DNA from: Candidatus Uhrbacteria bacterium
GTDB lineage: Bacteria > Patescibacteriota > Patescibacteriia > SG8-24
Reading direction: 5' to 3'
Assembly: GCA_016205965.1 (NCBI GenBank)
Contig: JACQSM010000090.1
Coordinates: 1-43,276, forward strand
Length of the DNA stretch: 43,276 nucleotides
The position numbers were made by a program, and so were the translations under genes. This document shows, one piece after another, positions 24,492 to 33,325 of the stretch; positions within the stretch are counted from its first letter, which is position 1; every line of letters begins with the position of its first letter. The notes beneath the pieces were generated by a model. It did not search any database. It saw only the letters and a program-made list of their open reading frames with translations, and had not been told where the DNA came from.

Positions 24492-25815
24492 AGATGAGCG
24501 GATTTTTCCGGCGTGAGTTCACGTCCATGCCCAGCCGCATGTACAGCCATGGGCTGCGCTGGGCCAGGATGCGCATTGCCGCCAGTACCGCGTTGGCCGG
24601 ATCGAGCACGGCGCTGATCGGCATCAGCGTCTGGAGCGGCACTTGCGACGGCAGCCGCAGCGACGACCAGATGTCATTCGGGAAATCGGCGTAGTTCAGC
24701 GGCACGGTGATGACCGGCGCCGCGGTATTGGCCGCCAGCACCGGACCGAGGCCGTTGGAGCGGCCGGCGGCGGCGATGATGACGCAGTCCGGACACTCCT
24801 GCACCGTCTTGAAAAGGGCATCGAGCACCTGCTCCGGCTGCTTGTGCGCTGAACCGATGATCCGCCGGATCATGTGGTTGCGGTCATCTTCCAGGAAACC
24901 GTAGTGGGCAAGCGATTTCAGAAACGGCGCCGCATCATCGCGTTCGGACGCCATGAACAACAGCACTTGTTGCTTCGGCACCTGGAACTGGTCGGTCAGT
25001 TCCTTGACGCGTCGGTAACGGGCCAGCGTCTTAGAGGCCGGCTCGCCCTCGCGGAAGGGCTGCTTGTCGAGATGGTCGCCCTCTTTGAGCACTCGCCAGG
25101 AGTCGGCGTCGATGACGTCGGCGAGCAGCAGGTTGCCGGCGGTATCCAGACCGAACTCGACCTTGAAGTCGATCAGTTCGGCGCCGAGCAGCGACCAGGC
25201 TTTTTCGAGGGCTAGAAACGCTTTGATGGCGATTTCCTCCATCTGTTGACGGTGTTCGGCCGGGGCCAATTCCTCGGTCAGCGTCATGAAGGGCGCCTGC
25301 AGCGCCAGCGGTTCGCCCGGATGGAAGAGTTCGGCGCCGGTCTCAGTGAAGCGGATCAGCGGATCGTCTTTGGCGATCTTGGCGCCTCTCCACTCCTTGT
25401 CCTTGGTCTTGAGGTAGAACTCGGCCTCGAGCCGCGGAAAGAGCGCTCCCTTGGGCACATGCGGGTTCCGTTTCAGGTACGAACCCATGGCCTTGCGTCG
25501 GACCACGACCTCGAGCGGGTACATGGCGCATTTCCTGGCCACGAACTCGGTGCTGCTGGCATGGGTGAACTCGAAGGCGACCGGCAGTCCGCATCTGATA
25601 AGCAGGTCGAAGACCTTGTCATTGGTCGCGCCCGAGACGGCACCTTTGCCTTTGGGAATAAAGTGTTTGGCGCCGTCGCCGGCAGTGATGTCGTCCTTGT
25701 GCTGGATGACGACCATCGACGGATCGGGCTTGTCGTCGCCGTTCCAGATAAGCCGGCAGATCCGTTTGGTCTTGCCCTCGGCGATCTTTTCGCCGCGCGT
25801 GTAGAGCTTCGACAT
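24490..25815 (-). CDS. purC: Bifunctional SAICAR synthetase / class II AIR carboxylase (PurC-PurE, PAICS-type)
   Basis: PurC: AEGKTK, KDDITAGDG, PLEVVVR, DFKVEFG, ADVIDADSWR; PurE: MASERD, SAHK, AGRSNGLGPV, DIWSSLRLPS. Confidence 0.93.
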   Translation of the reverse strand: MSKLYTRGEKIAEGKTKRICRLIWNGDDKPDPSMVVIQHKDDITAGDGAKHFIPKGKGAVSGATNDKVFDLLIRCGLPVAFEFTHASSTEFVARKCAMYPLEVVVRRKAMGSYLKRNPHVPKGALFPRLEAEFYLKTKDKEWRGAKIAKDDPLIRFTETGAELFHPGEPLALQAPFMTLTEELAPAEHRQQMEEIAIKAFLALEKAWSLLGAELIDFKVEFGLDTAGNLLLADVIDADSWRVLKEGDHLDKQPFREGEPASKTLARYRRVKELTDQFQVPKQQVLLFMASERDDAAPFLKSLAHYGFLEDDRNHMIRRIIGSAHKQPEQVLDALFKTVQECPDCVIIAAAGRSNGLGPVLAANTAAPVITVPLNYADFPNDIWSSLRLPSQVPLQTLMPISAVLDPANAVLAAMRILAQRSPWLYMRLGMDVNSRRKNPLI

Positions 25816-25922
25816 GGCATCCTCCTTGTGGTCAATGAACGCTGGCGCGAGTGTAGCCGCCCGTCTTTACAATTGCAACCCGCTCCCATACGATGGCGCC
25901 GCACCTTTACAAGGAGGGCGTC

Positions 25923-27575
25923 ATGCCCAGAGCGCTGCTGTCGGTTTCCTGCAAGGACGGAATCGTCGAATTCGCCCGCGAGCTGATCAAGCTCGGGTTC
26001 TCCATCATCTCGTCCGGCGGCACGGCCGCCGTGTTGCGCGCTGCCGGCGTGCCGGTGACCGACCTCTCCGACGTCATCGGGCCGCCGCTTTTCGGTCACC
26101 GCTGGGCGACCCTCGCCAGCGAGGTCTATCAGCCGATCTTGTCGCGCAATCTTCCGGAGGACGACGCGCTGCTGGCCCGGCTCGGCCTCGAGTGCACCGA
26201 CCTGGTGTGCGTCGACCTCTATCCGTTCGAGGACAAGGCTGCGGATCCAAAGTTGACTGAAGAGGAGAAGCGGGAGTTCATCGACGTCGGCGGACCCACC
26301 TTGTTGCGCGCTGCAGCTAAGGGGCCGCGCATCGTCATCTCGTCGCCCGAACAGCGCGGTGAAGTCCTCGTCTGGCTGGCCGCCGGCAAACCCGACGAAG
26401 CCAAGTTCACGCGCAAGCTGGCCAGCCGCGCCAGGTACGAAGCGCTCAAGCACGACCTGGCGGTGCTCAAGTATTTCGGCGACGGCGAGTACGACGGCAC
26501 TGTCGGCCGCAAGGTGCTCGACTTCAAGTACGGCGAGAACCCGTCGCAAAAGGGCGCGCTATACGAGGATGAAAGCGCCACGCGCACAGATACGCATGCG
26601 AGCGGATTGCTACGCGCCGTCAAAGACGCCCGGCATCGGCTCGGCTACGTCGGCGCCACCGACGTCGGGCGGCTGCTGACGACCATGACGCATATCGGCG
26701 CCGTCTGCCGGGTCAATGCCGTGCCGGCGCCGTGCATCGTCGTGGTCGTCAAACATGGCAATCCCTGCGGCGCGGTAATTCGGGACAATGCCAAGGCTGC
26801 CTTGGATGCAGTCGTCTCGTGCAACGAGCAGGCGGTTTTCGGCGGCAGCCTCATGACCAACTTCGCCATCGGCGCCGCCGAAGCCGAGACGCTGCGCAAG
26901 CGCCGCGTCCGCGACCGTCACAGCGGCGCGGAATCGCTGCTGATGATCGACGTCGTCATCGCGCCGTCGTTCAGCGAGGAAGCCTTGGCAGTTCTCAAGC
27001 CGAAAACGCCGGGGAGCACCAAGTGGAACGCGGTGCCGTTCACGGCCCTCGCCGGCCCGCTCGACGATCCCACGGCCGACGCGCTCGACTACGTGCGCCG
27101 CCTCGATTACATCCGCGGCGGCTTCCTGGCCCAGACGAACTATACAAACGTGCTGACGTTCGTCGATCCGACGCTGGAGTTCGTCGGCGGCGGCCTGCCG
27201 CCGTTCGAGGTGCGGCGTGACTTGGCGCTGGCCTGGGCGGTGTGCGCTACCAGCAACAGCAACACCACGACCATCGCCCGCGACGGCATGCTGCTCGGCA
27301 ACGGCTGCGGCCGCATGGACCGGGTCGGCTCCTGCCACCTGGCCATCACGGACGCCGGCGACGCCGGCCATCGGCTGGAGGAGTCGGTGGCCGTGACCGA
27401 CGGATTTTTCCCGAAGGACGACGGCCCGTCGGCGCTGTTCCAGGCCGGCGTCACGACCATCTTGGCGCCGTCTGGATCCAAGGAAGACAACGCCATCCGC
27501 AGCTTCTGCCGCAACCAAGGCATCCGGCTGATCCTCGCCCCCAACGGGCGCTGTTTCGCCCAGCACCACGCCTAG
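25923..27575 (+). CDS. purH: Bifunctional AICAR transformylase / IMP cyclohydrolase
   Basis: ALLSVSCKDG, SSGGTA, DLYPF, IDVGGPTLLRAAAK, YGENPSQ, KHGNPCG, TDGFFP, PSGS. Confidence 0.92.
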   Translation: MPRALLSVSCKDGIVEFARELIKLGFSIISSGGTAAVLRAAGVPVTDLSDVIGPPLFGHRWATLASEVYQPILSRNLPEDDALLARLGLECTDLVCVDLYPFEDKAADPKLTEEEKREFIDVGGPTLLRAAAKGPRIVISSPEQRGEVLVWLAAGKPDEAKFTRKLASRARYEALKHDLAVLKYFGDGEYDGTVGRKVLDFKYGENPSQKGALYEDESATRTDTHASGLLRAVKDARHRLGYVGATDVGRLLTTMTHIGAVCRVNAVPAPCIVVVVKHGNPCGAVIRDNAKAALDAVVSCNEQAVFGGSLMTNFAIGAAEAETLRKRRVRDRHSGAESLLMIDVVIAPSFSEEALAVLKPKTPGSTKWNAVPFTALAGPLDDPTADALDYVRRLDYIRGGFLAQTNYTNVLTFVDPTLEFVGGGLPPFEVRRDLALAWAVCATSNSNTTTIARDGMLLGNGCGRMDRVGSCHLAITDAGDAGHRLEESVAVTDGFFPKDDGPSALFQAGVTTILAPSGSKEDNAIRSFCRNQGIRLILAPNGRCFAQHHA

Positions 27576-27637
27576 ACGCCTCTCAAAAGGCGTCTTTTTT
27601 GACAGCAATAAAAAATCGCCCTTTTCGAGAGCGATTG
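27574..27637. terminator. Convergent terminators of purH and amt
   Basis: AGACGCCT-CTCAAA-AGGCGTCT-T tract (plus); A-tract-ATCGC...GCGAT (minus). Confidence 0.7.
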
Positions 27638-27640
27638 ACT

Positions 27641-28891
27641 TCAGTTCGGCCGCGAATCCAGCCGCAGCCCGTTTTCGCCATGCAGGGCGTGATCGAGACC
27701 CTTGTCGATTTCCTCGTCGGGATCGACGCGCAGGCGGATCAGGATTTGGGTCGCGCGCATGACCAGCACGGTGCCGGCGACGGAGACCGACGCCGCCGCG
27801 GCGACGGCGATGCACTGGGCCAGGAGCAGGGCGATGCCGTGTTCGCCGTAGGCGAGGCCGTCGACGACGCCGGGATCGTTGTTGATCGCGGTGGTGGCGA
27901 AGATGCCGGTCAGCAAGGCGCCGAGAATGCCGGATACGCCGTGGATGCCGAAAACATCGAGCGCGTCGTCGAGGCCGAGCCAGCGGGTGAACAGTACGCC
28001 GTAGAACGCCGCCAGTCCCGCCGCCAGGCCGATGACGATGGCAGCCATCGGCGGGACATAGCCGGCCGCCGGGGTGATGGCGACCAGTCCGGCGATGACG
28101 CCGGACAAGGCTCCGACGGTCGTCACCTTGCCGTGGCGCAGGCGATCGACGGCCATCCAGGTGACGGCGGCGGCGCAAGCGGCCAGGTGGGTGTTGACCG
28201 AGGCCAGGGCGGCGAGACAGTTGGCGGCCAGGGCGCTGCCGGCGTTGAATCCGAACCATCCGTACCAGATCAGGCCGGCGCCGAAGAACGACAGGCGCAG
28301 ATCGTGCGGCCGGCTGCCATAGAGCGGCGTGCCGCCATGGCGACGTCCGACGACCCAGGCGGCGGCCAGGGCCGAGAATCCGGCGGTGACGTGGACGACG
28401 GTTCCGCCGGCGTAGTCGAGCGCGCCCATCTAGAGCAGCCAGCCGTCGGGGTTCCAGATCCAGTGGGCCAGGGGCGCGTACACGATCGTGCTCCACAGCG
28501 CGGTAAAGACGATGAAGGCCGAGAAGCGCATCCGTTCGGCGACGGCGCCGGCGATCAGCGCCGGGGTGATGACCGCGAACATCATCTGGAAGAACATGAA
28601 CGACAGCTGCGGGACGGCTTGGCCGGCGCGCGGCTCGACGCCGACGCCGTTCAGGAACGCGAATTCCCAGTTGCTGCCGATCAGCCCTTCGAAGCTCGAG
28701 CCGAAGACCAGGCTGTAGCCGATGACGGCCCACTGCAGGCTGACGACCACGATGGCGGAGAATACGTACATCATCGTCGCCAGGACGTTGCGCTGGCGGA
28801 CCAAGCCGCCGTAGAACAGGGCCAGGCCCCAGGTCATGAGCATGACTTTGGCCGCGGAATCGAGAACCCATCCATTGTCGCCGGGATCCAT
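27641..28891 (-). pseudogene. amtB: Ammonium transporter interrupted by one in-frame TAG at 28430-28432
   Basis: GLALFYGGLVR, FQMMFA, AERM, HWIW..DGWLL*MGALDYAGGTVVH, GWFGFNAGS, AGLVAITP, DDALDVFGIHG; 417 codons in one frame. Confidence 0.85.
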
Positions 28892-28926
28892 GAGTGCCTC
28901 CTTGGTTGGCAAAGGGCTTTGAGGCG

Positions 28927-28971
28927 ATAGTAGACAGGGGTGTTGCAAATGTAAAGGTTGCTGACTACACT
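28927..28971. promoter_or_regulatory. Overlapping divergent promoters for amt and purD
   Basis: Plus TTGCAA-17-TACACT; minus TTTACA-17-TACTAT. Confidence 0.6.
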
Positions 28972-29002
28972 TTGCCGCGATGGTCTTTCCAAGGAGGAAG
29001 CG

Positions 29003-30343
29003 ATGACGAAGAAGATATTGGTGATTGGCGGCGGCGGACGAGAGCATGCCCTGCTTTGGAAATTGCGTCAGACAACCGGGGCGAAGCTCTATGCTGGACC
29101 TGGGAATCCGGGCATCGCCGGCATCGCCGAAAACGTCGCCGTCGATCCCGGCGATGTCGCCTGGTGGGCCAACTTCGGCGTCAGACACGGCATCGACTTG
29201 ACGATCGTCGGGCCGGACGCGCCGTTGTCGATCGGAATCGTCGATGCCTTTCATTCGCGCGGCTTGCGCATTTTCGGCCCGACGCGGGCCGCGGCCAAGC
29301 TGGAATGGTCCAAGGCGTTCGCCAAGGAGTTCATGGCGGCCGAAGGAATTCCGACGGCGGCGTTCCGGGTTTTCGACGAGTTCGAGGCGGCGCTCCGGTA
29401 CGTGCGCCGTCAGGGCGCGCCGATAGTGGTCAAGGCTAGCGGCCTGGCTTTGGGCAAAGGCGTCTTCGTCTGCGCCACCCAGGCCGAGGCCGAAGCCGCG
29501 TTGCGCGCGATCCTCGTCGAGGGCCGCTTCGGCGAATCCGGCCGCGAGGTCGTGGTCGAGGAGTTTCTGGACGGCCCCGAGCTTTCGGTGCACGCGCTCT
29601 GCGACGGCGCCACCTTCCGGCTCCTGCCGTTCTGCCGCGACTACAAGCGCCGCAACGACGGCAACCAAGGCCCGATGACCGGCGGCATGGGCAGCGTCGC
29701 CTTGCCGGCGGCGCGCGTACTCGGTGATATCCGGTGGCAGGTCGTGCGCATCCTCGATCAGACGCTGGCCGGCATGGCCAAGCGCGGCACGCCCTTCGTC
29801 GGCTGCCTGTACCCCGGCATCAAGCTGACGTCCAAGGGCGTCAGGGTGCTCGAGTACAACGCCCGTTTCGGCGATCCCGAAACGCAGTCGCTGGTCCGGG
29901 TGATCGGCGGCGAATTTCCCGAGCTGCTGGAGCGTTGCGTCGAGGGTACGCTGGCCGAGGCGCCGCCCTATCCGACTACCGGCTTCGGCGCCTGCGTCGT
30001 GATCGCGGCCCGCGCCTACCCGGAGTCGAGGACGGCCGCCAAACGGATCTTCGGCCTCGATGCCGCCGTCGATAACGGCGCCCAGGTCTTTCATGCCGGC
30101 ACGAGGATCGTCGATGGCACGCTCTGCGCCCAAGGCGGCCGCATCCTGGGTGCGACGGGTGCGGCTCCGAAGTTGGAAACGGCCCTCGATCAGGCCTACC
30201 ATGCCGCTGCTCGCATCCATTTCGACGGTCATTATTACCGCCGCGATATCGGCGCCGACCTGCGCGTCGGCACCTTATGTCGGGCCCTTCGCCCGTCTTT
30301 TTTTGCAAGAAAAAAGGACGCGAAGGCGTCCGGTTATTTGTGA
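29003..30343 (+). CDS. purD: Phosphoribosylamine-glycine ligase
   Basis: LVIGGGGREHAL, PGNPG, VGP, KLEWSK, KASGLALGKGV, TGGMG, EYNARFGDPETQ, FHAGT, YRRDIG. Confidence 0.95.
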   Translation: MTKKILVIGGGGREHALLWKLRQTTGAKLYAGPGNPGIAGIAENVAVDPGDVAWWANFGVRHGIDLTIVGPDAPLSIGIVDAFHSRGLRIFGPTRAAAKLEWSKAFAKEFMAAEGIPTAAFRVFDEFEAALRYVRRQGAPIVVKASGLALGKGVFVCATQAEAEAALRAILVEGRFGESGREVVVEEFLDGPELSVHALCDGATFRLLPFCRDYKRRNDGNQGPMTGGMGSVALPAARVLGDIRWQVVRILDQTLAGMAKRGTPFVGCLYPGIKLTSKGVRVLEYNARFGDPETQSLVRVIGGEFPELLERCVEGTLAEAPPYPTTGFGACVVIAARAYPESRTAAKRIFGLDAAVDNGAQVFHAGTRIVDGTLCAQGGRILGATGAAPKLETALDQAYHAAARIHFDGHYYRRDIGADLRVGTLCRALRPSFFARKKDAKASGYL

Positions 30344-31890
30344 TTCTCTTCCAGGACGATGACGTCGTGGACGTCGCCTTCCTTCTGGGCCTCGTCGGAG
30401 CGGAGTTCGAATCGGAGTTGGCCGTTGTTCATGGCCTGATGCAAAGCCGGCAACGACTCCAAACCCGCGTAGTCGAGGATGCTCTTGCGCAGCGATGCGG
30501 CCGTCCCTTTGAGCAGGCCGTCGACCGAACCGATCGCCGGCACCTTGCCTTCGACGCCCTGGGGCACCATGACCTCGGGATGCCGCGCGTCGCCGTAGCG
30601 GGCGCCGCCGCCGTCGCGTTGAGCCGAAGGCGACCCCATGCCGCGGTAGATTTTCCACCGGCCTTTGGCGTCGATGATGACATCGCCCGGCGACTCGTCG
30701 GTGCGGGCGACGTAGTTGCCAACCATGACGGTATCGGCGCCGACCGCCAGGGCCTTGAAGATACAGCCCGGCGAGCGGATGCCGCCGTCGGCGATCACCG
30801 GCAACGGATTTTTGAGGCTCTTGGCATAGCGGGCGACGTGATACACGGCCGCCAGTTGGGCTCGACCGATGCCGGTCTGTCCTTGCGTGCTGCAGATCGA
30901 CCCCGGGCCCATGCCGACGCGCAGCGCGTCGGCGCCGGCCTCGACCAGCTGCTCGGCCTGGCGGGGAGTGACGACGTTGCCGGCGATCACCGGCAGTTCC
31001 GGCTTCATCGCTTTGACCGCCTTGATCTGGTCGACCTCGTAACCGGTCGAGCCCTGGGCCGCGTCGATGATGATGACGTCGACGCCGGCCTCGATCAGCA
31101 ATTTGGCCCGTTCCAGGTCGCGCTCGTGGGTCGAGATGGCGGCGCCGACCCGGAGCTGGTTGTTGTCGTCGACCAGCTGCAGCGGATAGGTGCCGCTCTT
31201 GACGGTGTCGTGGCGCGTCACCAGGGCATAGACGCTGCCGTCCTCGTTGAGGATCGGGATCTTGGTCAGGTCCGGATCATGGCTGAAGATGGCGCGGGCC
31301 GCGGCCAGCGTCGGCACGTCCTTCTTCAGGAAGTAGCGGAGCTTGGCCGTCGGCTTCATGACTTCGCCCAGCGGTCGGTTGAGCTGCTCTTCGAGATCGA
31401 CGTGGGTCTTGGTGACCATGCCGAGCAGCTTGGATTCGGGCGTGCCGTCTTCGGTGATCAGGATGGTGGAGTAGCCGCGCCGGCTCTTGACCTTGGGAAC
31501 TTCGGAGATCGGATCGCCGGGCTTGCGGCAGCAGGGCTCGGTGATGAACCCCATCTGGTAGCGCTTGACCCGGCGCACCTCCGCCGCCGCGCGATCGGGA
31601 GGCAAGTTGAAGTGGATGAAACCGATGCCGCCCATGAGCGCCATGTGGATGGCCATCCGCGACTCGGTCACCGTGTCCATGGGCGAGCTCAAGATCGGCA
31701 GGTTGATCTTGAAGCCGCGGGCCAACTGCGATGCGAGGTCGAGTTGGCGCGGCTTGCCGACCGCGGCCGGCAGGATGTTGACGTTGTTGTAGGTCAGGCC
31801 GACCGGGGTGCAAAAGAGTTGTTCGGCGGTCAGTCCGTTGGCGAAATCGAGTTCTTTGAAGGTTTTGGTGATTTGCCACGTCGGTTGCAT
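30334..31890 (-). CDS. guaB: IMP dehydrogenase with CBS domains
   Basis: SSPMDTVTE, GGIGFIH, GMGPGSICST (catalytic Cys), ADGGI, YRGMGS, QGVEG; ATG 31890 after AAGGAGG. Confidence 0.94.
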   Translation of the reverse strand: MQPTWQITKTFKELDFANGLTAEQLFCTPVGLTYNNVNILPAAVGKPRQLDLASQLARGFKINLPILSSPMDTVTESRMAIHMALMGGIGFIHFNLPPDRAAAEVRRVKRYQMGFITEPCCRKPGDPISEVPKVKSRRGYSTILITEDGTPESKLLGMVTKTHVDLEEQLNRPLGEVMKPTAKLRYFLKKDVPTLAAARAIFSHDPDLTKIPILNEDGSVYALVTRHDTVKSGTYPLQLVDDNNQLRVGAAISTHERDLERAKLLIEAGVDVIIIDAAQGSTGYEVDQIKAVKAMKPELPVIAGNVVTPRQAEQLVEAGADALRVGMGPGSICSTQGQTGIGRAQLAAVYHVARYAKSLKNPLPVIADGGIRSPGCIFKALAVGADTVMVGNYVARTDESPGDVIIDAKGRWKIYRGMGSPSAQRDGGGARYGDARHPEVMVPQGVEGKVPAIGSVDGLLKGTAASLRKSILDYAGLESLPALHQAMNNGQLRFELRSDEAQKEGDVHDVIVLEENHK

Positions 31891-32004
31891 CGCGCGCCTC
31901 CTTGTGAATGAGCGATTGGGAGGAGTATAGGAGGCCGTCGGCGAAAAAACAAGGGTCGCCGCCGGCAGGCCCGGCGGCACCGATGTCGAATAATCCGCGG
32001 TCGG

Positions 32005-33036
32005 CTACGCCGGCTGTCGCGCCACCCAGTCGCAGGTCTGCCGGGCCATGCAGCTGAAGATCGAGGCCTGCCGGATGTCCTTGGCGCCGAGCAGGTATTG
32101 GAGAACGCGTTCGTTGCCGATGCCGTAGCCGGCATGCGGCGACGTCCGGCCCGAGCGGACGATGTCGAGGTACCAGCCGAAGTCCGAGAGCGTTCCGCCG
32201 CGCTCGAGGTGCAGGCGGTACATGGTCGATCCCAGCAGACGTTCGGTCAGCTTGGCGCCGTCGTGTTCGCGCACCGCCGAGCCGACGCCTTCGCCGGCGA
32301 ACGGGAAGACGCAGTCGGCCGACAGCACCGTGCGCTCATCGCGTTCCGAGACTTTCATGTTGAAGAATTTGATTTCCTTGGGATAGCGCATGATGAACAC
32401 CGGCCGCGGAAACTCGTCGGCGTTGAGCAGTTCGACGATCTTGGCTTCGTGGACCGAGGTCAGGTCGGCGCCCCAGCGCAGGTCGTTGAAACCGTTGTCG
32501 ATCAGGAGCGCGAGCGCGTCTTCATAGGAGATGCGGTGGAACGGTTTTTGCAAGGACGCGGCCAGGCCGGCGGCGTCGCGGCCGGCATGTTCGAGGGTCG
32601 CGCCGTGTTCGTCGATGACCGCCTTGCTCATCGCCTTGATGGCGGCCTCGACGTGCTGCAGCAGCGCCTCGTACATCTTTTCCTCGTCGTAGGCCGCGCC
32701 CGGCGCCACCATCGACCAATCGAATTCTTCCTCGGTCAGCAGGAACTGCCGGAGGTGGCGTTCGTCCTCGATCTCTTCGTCGCGGCCGCTGACCATGGTG
32801 GTGAAGACGCCGGGATAATACTGGAGCGCCTGTTCGAGCGTCAGCTGTCCGGTCTGGCTGAAGAACAGCGGCACCGGCACCCGGCTCTTCACCTTGAAGA
32901 GGGTGTCGACGTTTTCGCAGGCGCCGGTGATGCCGACGATCTGCGGCACCGGCACGAAGGCCAGGCCGCTCCGGCGATAGTGCTGCTGGGCGGCATCGGC
33001 CAAGGTCGAGGCGATGGGAATGAGTTTGTCGAGCAT
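32005..33036 (-). CDS. Class IIb aaRS (AsnRS-like) catalytic core lacking the anticodon domain; possible archaeal-type asparagine synthetase
   Basis: GACE, SQTGQL, motif 2 RDEEIEDERHLRQF, YPKEIKFFNM, GEGVGSAVRE, WYLD, motif 3 PHAGYGIGNER; 343 aa with no OB fold. Confidence 0.8.
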   Translation of the reverse strand: MLDKLIPIASTLADAAQQHYRRSGLAFVPVPQIVGITGACENVDTLFKVKSRVPVPLFFSQTGQLTLEQALQYYPGVFTTMVSGRDEEIEDERHLRQFLLTEEEFDWSMVAPGAAYDEEKMYEALLQHVEAAIKAMSKAVIDEHGATLEHAGRDAAGLAASLQKPFHRISYEDALALLIDNGFNDLRWGADLTSVHEAKIVELLNADEFPRPVFIMRYPKEIKFFNMKVSERDERTVLSADCVFPFAGEGVGSAVREHDGAKLTERLLGSTMYRLHLERGGTLSDFGWYLDIVRSGRTSPHAGYGIGNERVLQYLLGAKDIRQASIFSCMARQTCDWVARQPA

Positions 33037-33199
33037 AGGCTGAAAAAATGAGTGAATAAAAAACGACGCCCATCAAGGGGGCGGTTTGTCGCGGATCGGT
33101 CCAAAAGGCGCCGGATAAAAAAATTGAGCCTTGCGGCTCATGTTGCGGAGCTGTGCAAGGCTGCGGTCGTTTCGGACAGGGGATGACATCTAGGAACCA

Positions 33200-33228
33200 A
33201 GTATAGCCGGTCTCGGTCCGGTTCGCAA
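33200..33228 (-). promoter_or_regulatory. sigma70 promoter upstream of the AsnRS-like gene
   Basis: Minus strand TTGCGA, 17 bp, TATACT. Confidence 0.6.
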
Positions 33229-33259
33229 GGTCACTTATCCACCGCCGGCCGGCAACCGA

Positions 33260-33287
33260 TTGACTTTATCCCGCTTTCGGCTACACT
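33260..33287 (+). promoter_or_regulatory. sigma70 promoter of pyrF-pyrE-pyrD
   Basis: TTGACT, 16 bp, TACACT. Confidence 0.6.
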
Positions 33288-33325
33288 CCTTCGGAATCCC
33301 GTCGGATTCAAGGAGGAATCGCACC

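Noticed and set aside
28430-28432. Genome-wide TAG recoding or pyrrolysine
   Set aside because: mraZ, rsmH, truD, purH, ybaB and glyA end correctly at TAG and no pyl genes are present; TGA is also a normal stop, so code 25 is excluded
26610-28871. 753-aa minus-strand ORF and similar long ORFs (1000-2433, 5843-7129, 22925-24412, 27242-28930, 30277-31911)
   Set aside because: Shadow frames of GC-rich genes; no family motifs, and they overlap well-supported CDSs
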